Below are positions 39,743-49,821 of a stretch of 64,000 bases of DNA, one piece after another. Below the pieces are notes generated by a model. That model had not been told where the DNA came from. It made no database searches and was given only the letters and a program-made list of their open reading frames with translations. The stretch's first letter is position 1. Each line of letters begins with the position of its first letter. Made by a program: the position numbers and the translations under genes. The stretch is from a virus: IMG/VR virus record IMGVR_UViG_3300032224_000723, positions 32,001 through 96,000 of that record. The stretch is one strand, 5' to 3'.

Positions 39743-40620
39743 AAAGTCTTGTAATTGGTATGGGCATAGGACAGTTGTACAAAACTGTTCTATTAGAACT
39801 AGGACATACAGTGGTTACTGTAGATGCAGATCCTAAAAAAGGTGCAGACTTTTATGATTATGGGTTTGCGTTTGCCGCACACGGACACTTTGATACTGTA
39901 CACATTTGCACCCCAAATTACACACACATCAATCTAGCTAGACATGCTGCCATCCACGATGCTGGCATTGTATTTGTTGAAAAGCCTGGTGTAGAAAACA
40001 GTGGTATTTGGGCGCAACTTTGCGAGGACTTTCCCGGTACACGTTTTATGATGGTTAAAAACAATCAATGGCGTGACAACATAGCCGAATTAAAATCTTT
40101 AGCAGAATTGGCAAAGACAGTAAACTTAAACTGGATTAATAAAGATCGTGTGCCCAATCCAGGTACTTGGTTCACTACTAAACAATTAGCATTTGGTGGT
40201 GTTAGTAGAGACTTAATGCCACATTTGCTGAGTTTGTATATTGCATTGAACCCAATTTGGCGCACAGACAATGTTAATAAAATCGAAGCAGAAAGAAAAT
40301 GGCAACTCAATGAATTAACTACAACAGACTACGGACAAGTTAAAGCAGATGGTGTGTATGATGTTGATGATGTATGCTATATAACATTCACTGATAAATG
40401 GAACCTTACTGCTAATTGGCGTAGTATGGATCGGGATCAACGCAACATTGAATTTATTATGCCCGATGATACAGTTGAAACATTTGAGTTAGGACTATGC
40501 CCAGAGTATGCTTACAAAGAAATGATTCGCGATGCTGTGGCAAACCTAAATAATAATAAGTTCTGGAAAAATCAATACGACCAGGATATGTGGATTCATC
40601 AATTAATTGAAAACGTATGA
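39739..40620 (+). CDS. Gfo/Idh/MocA family NAD(P) oxidoreductase
   Basis: IGMGIG, ICTPNYTH, VEKP, GGVSRDLMPH. Confidence 0.88.
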   Translation: MKSLVIGMGIGQLYKTVLLELGHTVVTVDADPKKGADFYDYGFAFAAHGHFDTVHICTPNYTHINLARHAAIHDAGIVFVEKPGVENSGIWAQLCEDFPGTRFMMVKNNQWRDNIAELKSLAELAKTVNLNWINKDRVPNPGTWFTTKQLAFGGVSRDLMPHLLSLYIALNPIWRTDNVNKIEAERKWQLNELTTTDYGQVKADGVYDVDDVCYITFTDKWNLTANWRSMDRDQRNIEFIMPDDTVETFELGLCPEYAYKEMIRDAVANLNNNKFWKNQYDQDMWIHQLIENV

Positions 40621-41525
40621 ATAGAATATTGGCAACTAATGGCGATGGCGCCTTTTATGAAACTACCTATGAGCGTCCTGTTTGTAGCGACAATGAAATA
40701 GGTGTTGTATCTATTATGACTGGTGTATGTCGCAGTGACATAGACATGATGCAAGGAAACTTTGGTCCATTGCCCCCACACATGCAAGGACACGAAGGAC
40801 TGGGTCAAGTAGTAGAAATTGGCAACAAAATTAAAGATGTTGCAATCGGAGACTTTGTTGCTACACGTGGTGAACCTGCTTATGCTGATCAATACAATGT
40901 ACGTCGCGAAGAATATGTCCCTGTGCCAGAAGCGCACCCCCGCTACATATTGGAACCTGTAGCCTGCGGCATTAACATTGTTTATCAAGCAGTACGTGAA
41001 ATTGCAGAACGTGCAGGTCCTGGACGTAGGCTATTAATTATCGGCAGTGGCTTTCTTGCTTGGGTTGCATACAATACTTTATTACTCAATCACTTAGACG
41101 ACTTTGAAATAACTGTAGTGGGTACCAGCAATAGAGAACTATGGGGCGATATACTAAAACCTATTCATCATGGCACCTATGATGTTGTTATCGACTTAGG
41201 TAGTAGAGCCACTGTGTTTACTGAAAACATTTTAAACAATGAAGCATTAGTTGTGTTTGGTGCACAGAAAACAGTTACTACAGATTTCAGTAACTTACTT
41301 TGGAAAGCCTGCACAATGATCTTTCCCAGTCCCAGAACTGATCGTTTTTATAGTTGTATGCGTGATGCCGCGTATTGGATTGAAAATGGCGACATCAATG
41401 TCGACAGTTTCTGGACAAAAGGCTATAACAGAGACACTGAATGGCAACAGGCCTTCAGCGATGGAATTAACCGACCCCATGCTTACAGCAGAGGGTACAT
41501 TAAATGGACAGACAATGTCAATTGA
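40617..41525 (+). CDS. Zn-dependent medium-chain (sugar/polyol) dehydrogenase
   Basis: GVCRSD, GHEGLG, EPVAC, GSGFLA. Confidence 0.88.
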   Translation: MNRILATNGDGAFYETTYERPVCSDNEIGVVSIMTGVCRSDIDMMQGNFGPLPPHMQGHEGLGQVVEIGNKIKDVAIGDFVATRGEPAYADQYNVRREEYVPVPEAHPRYILEPVACGINIVYQAVREIAERAGPGRRLLIIGSGFLAWVAYNTLLLNHLDDFEITVVGTSNRELWGDILKPIHHGTYDVVIDLGSRATVFTENILNNEALVVFGAQKTVTTDFSNLLWKACTMIFPSPRTDRFYSCMRDAAYWIENGDINVDSFWTKGYNRDTEWQQAFSDGINRPHAYSRGYIKWTDNVN

Positions 41526-42288
41526 GCCTCGTAGTAGAAACAGCAAATTACCAACTTGGCATCAAGGACAAAAATTTGCCGACTCTACCCTTGAATGGTT
41601 GTATCCCGACACAGAAGAAGCGTTTAATAAACTCTGTCAGGATCCCAAACATCAAAAGTATTTTGCCGAAAAAGGTTGGAACCAACCCGGCGCAATAACT
41701 TATAAATTTAACAATCAAGGCTTTAGATGTGACGACTTTGATGATGCTCCTTGTTTGGTTACATTAGGCTGTAGCTATACTTTGGGACTAGGATTGCCAA
41801 TCGCTGACATATGGCCCACTTTGGTAGGATCAGAATTGGTTTTAAAAGTAGTTAACCTAGCATGGAATGGATATTCAGCCGACAGTTGTTTTAGACTAGC
41901 TGAATATTGGTTACCAAAACTAAATCCAGCATTGGTGGTTATGTTTACACCACCACAAGATAGAATTGAAATATTAAACGAGACCGATACAGTAATATAC
42001 ACTCCTGCAATTTTTTCAAATGTATCCGATGTAGTCAGCGATAGATTTCTTACTGATTGGATGTTGTTTAGTGAAAACGGCAGATTAAATTCCACCAAAA
42101 ATAAACTGGCTTTACAAAAATTGTGTTATAATTTAAATGTACGTTGTCAAATATATGATGTATTTGATTTCGTAGCAGAACCTAAGGAAGTGGTTGAATA
42201 TGCAAGAGACTACATGCATATGGGACCAAAGGGGCACAAAATTTTAGCAGAAACTATTATTAAGGATTGGAAAACCAATGGCAATTGA
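41515..42288 (+). CDS. SGNH-hydrolase-like protein
   Basis: LGCSYT, NLA..G, DYMHMGPKGH; ATG 41515 preferred. Confidence 0.6.
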   Translation: MSIEPRSRNSKLPTWHQGQKFADSTLEWLYPDTEEAFNKLCQDPKHQKYFAEKGWNQPGAITYKFNNQGFRCDDFDDAPCLVTLGCSYTLGLGLPIADIWPTLVGSELVLKVVNLAWNGYSADSCFRLAEYWLPKLNPALVVMFTPPQDRIEILNETDTVIYTPAIFSNVSDVVSDRFLTDWMLFSENGRLNSTKNKLALQKLCYNLNVRCQIYDVFDFVAEPKEVVEYARDYMHMGPKGHKILAETIIKDWKTNGN

Positions 42289-42817
42289 TACAAGTGGACG
42301 TCAACAAGTAGATTATTTTGTTGGCATTGAAGTAGAAAACACTGCAATGAAAGGCGAAAAGACTTTGTTTGTAGTAGGAGTTAAACCTGTAGACGAAATC
42401 ATTGAACTTGCAGAAAAACACGGTGTAAAACATTTATACTTCGGTACAAGCCAAAGTTTTCATCCACATAGTCCTTATGACTGGGCCGCATGGGATGACA
42501 TGATCAAACCTTTGTTGGTCAAAGACTATTGGGTTACACTGGACTTTGGTGTTGAATACTGTAAAGAAATTCACGAACAAGCATGGTGCGAATACAATAC
42601 GTTTATCCCCATGATCAGTGTTAAGATTCCTTACATTAAACTCTACAACTATAACGCCACAGTTAAAATTGATGACAACACTTGGGGCGACACTAATCCT
42701 GGTGTATGGTGCCACCCACTAAATGAACTACTGACCAGGAATGTATACACAGACTGGAAAGATTACACAGGAGATTTTCCTGTAACGCCAACACATAATG
42801 GAAGTGAAGAAGAATGA
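42278..42817 (+). CDS. Hypothetical protein in deazaguanine cluster
   Basis: ORF coupled to the DpdL-like gene. Confidence 0.6.
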   Translation: MAIDTSGRQQVDYFVGIEVENTAMKGEKTLFVVGVKPVDEIIELAEKHGVKHLYFGTSQSFHPHSPYDWAAWDDMIKPLLVKDYWVTLDFGVEYCKEIHEQAWCEYNTFIPMISVKIPYIKLYNYNATVKIDDNTWGDTNPGVWCHPLNELLTRNVYTDWKDYTGDFPVTPTHNGSEEE

Positions 42818-43248
42818 ATCAAGAACAAAGAGCAACTGTAGATAGAATTATGGAAGCAGCCGACCGTAAAATATGGGTACGTTTCCAAAAAGAAGGAATC
42901 CATAAATACCCAGCGGCACTAGAAGAAGCCCACTTAGCAGATGTTGCGTTCCTTGGTTATCCTCATCGTCATATTTTCCATTTCCGGGTGTGGATTGATG
43001 TGTTCCACAACGACCGGGACGTGGAGTTCATCCAATTCAAACGCTGGTGCGAATCGCTGTATAACGGTGACAATTCCGTTCTAGCATTGGACTACAAGTC
43101 TTGCGAAATGATTGCAGATGACTTGTATGTACAAATTGCTGCCAAATATCCAGAACGCACAGTATGGATCGAAGTCAGCGAAGACAGTGAAAATGGTGCG
43201 TTGATAAAATACGAATTAACAAAACCCTACAACTCAATCAAAATTTAA
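42814..43248 (+). CDS. QueD-like T-fold protein, DpdL-like (putative CDG decarboxylase)
   Basis: LGYPHRHIF matches the LxxxHRHxF signature; SCEMIA and VSED as in QueD fold. Confidence 0.7.
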   Translation: MNQEQRATVDRIMEAADRKIWVRFQKEGIHKYPAALEEAHLADVAFLGYPHRHIFHFRVWIDVFHNDRDVEFIQFKRWCESLYNGDNSVLALDYKSCEMIADDLYVQIAAKYPERTVWIEVSEDSENGALIKYELTKPYNSIKI

Positions 43249-43262
43249 TCAGGAGAATAATA

Positions 43263-43466
43263 ATGGGACAACCTAAATGGGTAGAAAAATATCTGCGTAT
43301 GAAGCCCGAAGTCAATCAAATTTTTAACGACTTAGAAGGCTACAAAGATTACTGTAGACTTAACATGTTGAAGTTTGACGAAAAGGATTTGTATCGCAGT
43401 GAACAATACCGCAAGTACGAAAAATATCGTAACTGGTTAAACCGTCAAGCAGAAGCACACAGATAA
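43263..43466 (+). CDS. Hypothetical protein
   Basis: AGGAG RBS, ORF. Confidence 0.65.
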   Translation: MGQPKWVEKYLRMKPEVNQIFNDLEGYKDYCRLNMLKFDEKDLYRSEQYRKYEKYRNWLNRQAEAHR

Positions 43467-44560
43467 TGGCTAAGATTTGGTTAGTTGATTTAGAAGCAGT
43501 TGAAACTAGGTACACGGCTCAGTGGAAAAGCCATGTGCCTAAACTTTTACAAAAGGCAGGTCATGATGTTCAAATTATCTCTGGTCCTACGGACATTCCT
43601 AGCGCCACTACTCCTGGCGCCTTTCTTAATTTTGGCGGCACTAATATATACAAGTCTAGCCAAGTTGAGCAAATGGGGCGTCTATTTTGTAGCGGATCCG
43701 TTCATGCTGGCGACCATTTTGTTTTTACTGACGCTTGGCATCCAGGCATTATAAACTTAAAGTACATGAGTGAGTTGCTGGGTATTCCAGTAACTACACA
43801 TGGTTTTTGGCATGCTGGCAGCTATGACCCACAAGACTTCCTTGGACGCTTAGTTGGTGATAAACCTTGGGTCAGACATGCAGAGAAAAGTTACTTCTGG
43901 GCATTTGATCACAACTACTTTGCCACAGAGTTCCACGTTAAACTATTCATTGACGAATTGCTTATGGATGGTTACAAAGAAGAAAATCCTTGGTACGAGG
44001 AAGATTACGCTGACCGCTACAAAAGTGGCAAGATGGTAAAAACAGGTTGGCCCATGGAGTATATGGATGATGTACTAACTCCATATAAAGGCATGACTAA
44101 ACGTGACCTTATTGTATTCCCACATCGCATTGCTCCAGAAAAACAAGTAGAGATTTTTAGAGACTTAAAAGAACAACTACCACAATATGAGTTTGTTGTT
44201 TGTCAGGATCAAGAGCTTACTAAAAATGAATATCATAACTTGCTAGGCGAGGCCAAGATTGTGTTTAGTTGTAGTCTACAAGAAACTTTAGGCATTGGAT
44301 GTTATGAGGGTGCGCTAGTAGACGCTATTCCCATGGTGCCCAATAGACTAAGCTATGAAGAAATGTATGAGCCACAATTTAAATATCCCAGTATGTGGAC
44401 TATAGATTGGGATCACTACTTAGGTAATAGAACTGCGTTGCGTGATCATATTGTTAAAACTATGAGCAACTACAAATCGCAATTATCTAAATTAAAAACT
44501 CAAACACAAAATTTAACCAACAACTTCTTCAGCGCAAATGAGTTCCTCAAACGCCTTTGA
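43466..44560 (+). CDS. GT-B fold (GT4-like) glycosyltransferase
   Basis: HRIAPEKQ, ETLGIGCYE (Ex7E), P...SYEE. Confidence 0.85.
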   Translation: MAKIWLVDLEAVETRYTAQWKSHVPKLLQKAGHDVQIISGPTDIPSATTPGAFLNFGGTNIYKSSQVEQMGRLFCSGSVHAGDHFVFTDAWHPGIINLKYMSELLGIPVTTHGFWHAGSYDPQDFLGRLVGDKPWVRHAEKSYFWAFDHNYFATEFHVKLFIDELLMDGYKEENPWYEEDYADRYKSGKMVKTGWPMEYMDDVLTPYKGMTKRDLIVFPHRIAPEKQVEIFRDLKEQLPQYEFVVCQDQELTKNEYHNLLGEAKIVFSCSLQETLGIGCYEGALVDAIPMVPNRLSYEEMYEPQFKYPSMWTIDWDHYLGNRTALRDHIVKTMSNYKSQLSKLKTQTQNLTNNFFSANEFLKRL

Positions 44561-45149
44561 TGTAATATTACAGTTTGAACAAGAACTAGCAGAGTTCACT
44601 GGAGCTCCGTATGCAATTATGACTGATTGTTGTACACACGCTATTGAACTGTGCATGAGACATGACCGTGTAGAGTTTTGTACATTCACTCCTTTTACAT
44701 ATCTAAGCATACCCATGCTCATGCACAAACTAGACATTGAGTATGCGTATGAAGAGGATGATCCTGCTCAATGGATCGGTGAGTATCGTTTTCTATCAAC
44801 TAGAATCTGGGATAGCGCACGTAGGCTAGAAAAGGATATGTATAAACAGGACCAGATACAATGTCTCAGCTTTGGACACGGCAAGCCTTTACAAATAGGT
44901 CGTGGTGGTGCTATACTATTAGATGACAAACAAGCGTATGAGGAAATAATTTTAATGCGTTATGATGGCCGCGACCTAAATAATATACCCTGGACAAAAC
45001 AACAAAAGTTTAAAGTTGGTTATCACTATAAACCCACTCCAGAGGAAGCGGAAGTCGGCATTAAACTATTGGAAGGTATTCGAGTTAATCAACCCAAACC
45101 CGAATATGTTGAATATGCAGACCTAAGACAAATTACTATTACGGATTAA
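44538..45149 (+). CDS. Short DegT/DnrJ/EryC1/StrS-like PLP aminotransferase
   Basis: FEQELAEFTG, CTHAIEL, DSA, SFGHGKPLQIGRGGAI, GYHYK. Confidence 0.78.
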   Translation: MSSSNAFDVILQFEQELAEFTGAPYAIMTDCCTHAIELCMRHDRVEFCTFTPFTYLSIPMLMHKLDIEYAYEEDDPAQWIGEYRFLSTRIWDSARRLEKDMYKQDQIQCLSFGHGKPLQIGRGGAILLDDKQAYEEIILMRYDGRDLNNIPWTKQQKFKVGYHYKPTPEEAEVGIKLLEGIRVNQPKPEYVEYADLRQITITD

Positions 45150-45150
45150 T

Positions 45151-45891
45151 ATGACAGAACCAGTATCAATAGATAACATAAACGACAAAGGTTATGAAAC
45201 AGGCTATTTAGGCGGCGCCATTCGTGCTAGAATGAAACGTGAAGGTAAACGTTTCTGGGCAGGCGACAACATTAGCGAATACGTCAAAGACGACTTTGAT
45301 AAAAACGAGCTTATTGAAGAAGCCACTCGAGCATTTGAAGGTGTGCTTGATGCATTACTTATTGATAGAGAAACAGATCCCAACAGCAAGGGCACAGCAC
45401 GCCGACTGGCCAAAATGTACTTTAACGAAATTATGGCAGGTAGATATGAACCAGCACCAGATGCAACAGCGTTTCCTAATGATAGTCAAGACCGTTATGA
45501 GGGTATGTTGGTGGTTAGGAGCGAGCTTCGCAGTATGTGTAGCCATCATCATCAGCCTGTGGCTGGTGTCGCTTATATTGGAATTATTGCCGCAAACAAG
45601 CTCATCGGATTGTCCAAGTACACACGTATTGCCCAATGGTGTGCTCGTAGAGGAACCCTACAGGAAGAACTGTGTAATGACATAGCCCGGGAAATTATGA
45701 AAGCCACAGACAGTGAAAGCGTTGGTGTTTATATTCAAGCAGTGCATGGTTGTTGCGAGAATCGAGGCATCATGGCACATAGTAGCTTAACACAAACTAC
45801 AGTACTAAAAGGTGCGTTTAACACTGACCCAGGTACGAAGAAGGAATTCTTCGACAACATCAAACTTCAACAAGATTTTGCACCACGTTAA
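45151..45891 (+). CDS. folE: GTP cyclohydrolase I
   Basis: SMCSHHHQP, IGLSK, QEEL, HGC..RG. Confidence 0.95.
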   Translation: MTEPVSIDNINDKGYETGYLGGAIRARMKREGKRFWAGDNISEYVKDDFDKNELIEEATRAFEGVLDALLIDRETDPNSKGTARRLAKMYFNEIMAGRYEPAPDATAFPNDSQDRYEGMLVVRSELRSMCSHHHQPVAGVAYIGIIAANKLIGLSKYTRIAQWCARRGTLQEELCNDIAREIMKATDSESVGVYIQAVHGCCENRGIMAHSSLTQTTVLKGAFNTDPGTKKEFFDNIKLQQDFAPR

Positions 45892-45901
45892 GGAGAACAC
45901 T

Positions 45902-46114
45902 ATGGCAACAGCAAAAGCAGTAAAATCATTTGGCGACAAACTGATCAAGGTAAATGAGTCGTTTACAATCAACATGTACGACAACGGCTTCATGGTAGAA
46001 GCAGGTGGACGCAATAAGAAAGGCGATTATGTTAACGCTAAGATCTTGTGCAACACACTGGATGAAGTTGTTTCGCTTGTGCGTGAAGCATGCGAAATGG
46101 ATCGTGACGTTTAA
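45902..46114 (+). CDS. Hypothetical protein
   Basis: AAGGAG RBS; ATG 45902. Confidence 0.7.
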   Translation: MATAKAVKSFGDKLIKVNESFTINMYDNGFMVEAGGRNKKGDYVNAKILCNTLDEVVSLVREACEMDRDV

Positions 46115-46123
46115 GGAACAATC

Positions 46124-46627
46124 ATGGCTATCTGGACTGTAAAAACACATTACAAAAAGAATGTTCAAGAAGTTGAGACTTATGTACAACGAGATGGCAA
46201 AGGTCGAGTAACTGTTACTAATGGTTTCCGTTGGGGGTCTTGGGAAGTCACTACCACAGATGACAATCCTCCCGAGTTTGAATTTGACTTTGTGCCAGGT
46301 GGTGATGGTGCCAAAGACAGCATCAACATGTTAGAGTGCGAGTACAACAATATTGAAAGCGTTGAACTACTCAGCATGGATGACGGTGGTTGCTGGTATG
46401 ACATTGAGATCGAAGGACTAGACGAAGAAGCTGAAGAAGAGATTCGTGAGTTCCTTGATGAAAACAGTCCTTATGAACTAGAAGACCGAGACGACGGTTG
46501 GCAGCAGGATGACAGTGCTTGGTGGATCTGGGGTCCGATTGAAATTCAAAACGAAGCAGGTGAAACTGTACGCATCATCTGTGCAGATGCAGACGGTAAT
46601 GTTGTAGACTTTAAGGACGAAGAATGA
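46124..46627 (+). CDS. Acidic hypothetical protein
   Basis: AAGGA RBS, ORF. Confidence 0.7.
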   Translation: MAIWTVKTHYKKNVQEVETYVQRDGKGRVTVTNGFRWGSWEVTTTDDNPPEFEFDFVPGGDGAKDSINMLECEYNNIESVELLSMDDGGCWYDIEIEGLDEEAEEEIREFLDENSPYELEDRDDGWQQDDSAWWIWGPIEIQNEAGETVRIICADADGNVVDFKDEE

Positions 46628-46911
46628 GACTTTTAAAGAGAATACAGTTTAGAATACGGTATTGGTTGTATGTCAAGTCGGGTTTGAAGAAGCGAGATGA
46701 AGACAATTGGTGGAGAGGTGCTTGTTATGCCAACACTCGCGCAGATGTTCGTGCGGGCATGATAGAAATGAAAGACTGGTATCCTTGGAAAGAAGAGTCT
46801 CAGTTCATACATCTTTATGCTTTACATGCGAAAGTTGAGTGGACTCGACACCTGCGACCTGAATGGACTTGGAAGCAAGCAAGTAAACGTGTAACAAACC
46901 CAAAATGGTAA
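46624..46911 (+). CDS. Basic Trp-rich hypothetical protein
   Basis: ATGA overlap; flanked by duplicated junction. Confidence 0.55.
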   Translation: MRLLKRIQFRIRYWLYVKSGLKKRDEDNWWRGACYANTRADVRAGMIEMKDWYPWKEESQFIHLYALHAKVEWTRHLRPEWTWKQASKRVTNPKW

Positions 46912-46935
46912 AGTAATCGATTTAAAGGACGAAGA

Positions 46936-47151
46936 ATGAAACCCGCAGACGCCGCTGGCAAAATACTGGACCGTGTAATGAACTTAAAAACTTATGTTGT
47001 TGAAGTTCAATTACCTGAAGAATTTGAATTCAATGGCAAAGTGCCATATGATTTGACAATTAAGGATGGAATTGTTAAAATAGAAATTCCTGCACTTAAT
47101 GAAAAAGAAGCCGCAGTCAAAGCTCGGCAGTTTTTAAATTCAAATTGGTAA
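46936..47151 (+). CDS. Hypothetical protein
   Basis: AAGGA RBS, ORF. Confidence 0.6.
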   Translation: MKPADAAGKILDRVMNLKTYVVEVQLPEEFEFNGKVPYDLTIKDGIVKIEIPALNEKEAAVKARQFLNSNW

Positions 47152-47159
47152 AACGGAAC

Positions 47160-47215
47160 TTGACAAGTAAATAATTTTCAGTTATACTTGACTCATACTT
47201 TGAAATTCAAAGTAT
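47160..47215 (+). promoter_or_regulatory. Sigma70 promoter with downstream perfect 21-bp palindrome (operator-like)
   Basis: TTGACA-N17-TATACT (47160-47188); ATACTTTGAA-A-TTCAAAGTAT (47195-47215). Confidence 0.7.
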
Positions 47216-47273
47216 AAATCAAACTAGCCAATGCGAGATCAAGCAAAGGCTTTGACATTAACAAGGAGAAATT

Positions 47274-48296
47274 ATGTCACAAAAGCAAGACGCCTCAATG
47301 GCACCATTTGACCCCAGTGCAGGCAAAAAGACTCGAAAAGTTCCTTTGGTAGAAGTAGCCAAAGCAGTTAGTAAACGTATTGGTACTAAGATTGCTACCA
47401 AGACCAATGTTAATCCCCAGGACATTTTAAAATTTACTTGGGCACCATTAGAAAAAGTTTTTGTTAACTATGGGCGCCAACGTTATCCAGAACCAAAACA
47501 CCAACTAAAAGTTTTTAACAAGTGGAACATCCACTGTGTAACACCTTTACAGTGCCGTTATGATCCTGTAGAAGATCATTATTATGTTTCAGATGGTCAG
47601 CAACATGGCAGTGTTTGGGTCATGCAATATGGCCTACAAACAATGGTACCTGTGTTTTATGTAGAAAGCACAGATGAGAACATTGAAAGTGTACAACTGT
47701 TGGCGTTGAACACAGACAGTGAGCCAATGGCAAAATACTTTATTCATCAAACTGCTATTCAAACTGGCGATGTTGATGCCATTGCATTGGAGAAAAAGTT
47801 GACTGATGTAGACTGCTTCACTGCATATAAGAAAAAGACTCCAGGTGCTGTTACGCACATTAGTCACTTGTGGCAAGCACGTGATAGTTATGGTTTAGAT
47901 GATTTGGGCGAAGTAGCTGGTGCAATGCGTCGATTCTGGCCTTTGGAAAAGATTGCTGAACCGACTATGTTGGGCTTCCTTAAATTAAAGGAAATCCTTG
48001 TGTTTGAAAAGCAGTATACCGAAGACTTGCTGACTGACATCATCAGTGAATGTAGCAATTACTTTAGCAGTGCCAAAGACATGCACTTGCATATCAATCA
48101 TGCTTTTGAAAAGACATATCCTACAAACTATAAAGGTATGGGCGTTAGAGAAAAGATTGCTTCAGGTATTATCAGCATTTATGAACAAGCCAAACCAGAC
48201 TTTGTGTCTGCTAAACCATTTGCAATTGATGTAAGCATCATGGCAGATGAAATTATTACAGACTTAGACGAAGTATTTGAAGATGAACTCGCATAA
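47274..48296 (+). CDS. ParB/Srx-like N-terminal domain protein
   Basis: QR..., YVSDGQQH motif, helical C-terminal region. Confidence 0.6.
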   Translation: MSQKQDASMAPFDPSAGKKTRKVPLVEVAKAVSKRIGTKIATKTNVNPQDILKFTWAPLEKVFVNYGRQRYPEPKHQLKVFNKWNIHCVTPLQCRYDPVEDHYYVSDGQQHGSVWVMQYGLQTMVPVFYVESTDENIESVQLLALNTDSEPMAKYFIHQTAIQTGDVDAIALEKKLTDVDCFTAYKKKTPGAVTHISHLWQARDSYGLDDLGEVAGAMRRFWPLEKIAEPTMLGFLKLKEILVFEKQYTEDLLTDIISECSNYFSSAKDMHLHINHAFEKTYPTNYKGMGVREKIASGIISIYEQAKPDFVSAKPFAIDVSIMADEIITDLDEVFEDELA

Positions 48297-48729
48297 GCTA
48301 TATCCAAAATATCTTCCTGGAACATATCACAGCCGTGATGTGTTCCAGCGTGTTGTGGAAACAAGGGATCTACGTATCCCTTGGGCTTACAAAAGTGCAG
48401 TCAAGTGGGGAGTAGATGCCGAAGAATTTTTAAAACTCTGTGGCCCTACTTGTAAATGTTGTGATAGCCCTTTGGATTATGGTGTTGGTAAAAACAATCA
48501 TGGCAAAAAGGACATAAACACACCCAGCACTGATCATATTGTTAGCCAACATGAAGGTAAACTTTTAGAGTGGACCAACGAACAAATCAATGACATTTCT
48601 AATTTTTGGATCATTTGTATGCGTTGCAATTTGCTTAAAAATAACAGCACTGCCGTAGATGCATTTCGATATCGAAGGATTGCAGATGTATTAGAAGCCA
48701 GATTAAATTTAATGGAGAAAAATAGTTGA
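48283..48729 (+). CDS. HNH endonuclease-like protein
   Basis: CKCC...STDHIV...N...ICMRCNLLK. Confidence 0.7.
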   Translation: MNSHKLYPKYLPGTYHSRDVFQRVVETRDLRIPWAYKSAVKWGVDAEEFLKLCGPTCKCCDSPLDYGVGKNNHGKKDINTPSTDHIVSQHEGKLLEWTNEQINDISNFWIICMRCNLLKNNSTAVDAFRYRRIADVLEARLNLMEKNS

Positions 48730-49073
48730 TTGGCACAATAAAAACAACTAGTAAGTATGTTGCAGTTACTGGTGGCCCAGCTGGCAACTATGTCAACAAC
48801 TCTAATTATATGGCTGTTGGACAGTTACAATATAACACTAACAATCAGCAATTAGAACTATACAATGGCAAAGACTGGCAACCCCTTAATCTAGGAACTT
48901 ACCATGTTGATTTAAATCCACATGCTGAAAAGATACTTGATTGGGCCGCTAAAAAAATGTCTGAAGAACAAGAGCTTAAAGCTCGAATGGAAAAATATTC
49001 AGGTCTCAAAGATGCTTACGAGCAATTTCAGATCATGGACGCACTAACAATAGAGGAAGAAAAAAATGTTTAA
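48726..49073 (+). CDS. Hypothetical phage protein
   Basis: ORF, TTG start overlap. Confidence 0.6.
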   Translation: MIGTIKTTSKYVAVTGGPAGNYVNNSNYMAVGQLQYNTNNQQLELYNGKDWQPLNLGTYHVDLNPHAEKILDWAAKKMSEEQELKARMEKYSGLKDAYEQFQIMDALTIEEEKNV

Positions 49074-49362
49074 AAGATGGTTACGAAATTGGTTACTAAG
49101 TGACGAGACCGAAAAATCCCGTCGAGCGGAGAAATATTCTAACTCTGTCATCACCAGCGGCTCAACGTTCGACGCCGACGACCATCGTGTTAACACTTTA
49201 AGATTTAACGTCACTCCTGCAAGGGGAGGTATTGTACTTACAGTTAAACACTACGATCGCAAACGTGACGAAGATCATTGCACTGTCCATGTTCTACACG
49301 ATGGACAAGATCTAGCCAAGGATATTGGCGAAATTGTTAGTATGGAATTGTTGCGCTCATAA
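49066..49362 (+). CDS. Hypothetical phage protein
   Basis: GAGG RBS, ORF. Confidence 0.65.
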   Translation: MFKRWLRNWLLSDETEKSRRAEKYSNSVITSGSTFDADDHRVNTLRFNVTPARGGIVLTVKHYDRKRDEDHCTVHVLHDGQDLAKDIGEIVSMELLRS

Positions 49363-49371
49363 GGAGTTGGC

Positions 49372-49821
49372 ATGTTACTTAACCTTTTAGATAAACTGGG
49401 CCGTCGACGTATTGTCATGGACCGAGTCAACAATGAACCGTATTTGGAACGTTACTACGTGTTCTTGAAAGATCGTACTTGGTTTCCATTTAATGTATTC
49501 ATACACAAGTTTCTTAAAAGTGATCCCGACGATGTACACGATCATCCTTGGCCCTACGCTACACTTATCTTAAAAGGCGGATATTGGGAATGGATTCCAC
49601 AGTTTAACAGTCTTGGACAGAAGGTCGGTGAAATAGCAACATGGCGTGGCGCTGGTCACTTTCGTATTTGTAAAGCCAATAGTTTTCATCGTATCGAACT
49701 TGATCCCAATGTAACTGCATGGACATTGTTTATGCCAGGTATTAAACAACGTGAATGGGGCTTTTTAAGTAAAGGCCGTTGGATACAGTGGCAAAAATAT
49801 TTGGAGCTTAGAACAAAATGA
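49372..49821 (+). CDS. Cupin-like phage protein
   Basis: HDHPW...GGYWE...HRIEL motif. Confidence 0.65.
   Translation: MLLNLLDKLGRRRIVMDRVNNEPYLERYYVFLKDRTWFPFNVFIHKFLKSDPDDVHDHPWPYATLILKGGYWEWIPQFNSLGQKVGEIATWRGAGHFRICKANSFHRIELDPNVTAWTLFMPGIKQREWGFLSKGRWIQWQKYLELRTK

Noticed and set aside
41362-41514. Long N-terminal extensions in the ORF track (also 3995, 13788, 33948, 45812, 51312)
   Set aside because: They overlap upstream genes heavily; downstream starts with RBS or stop-start coupling are more plausible
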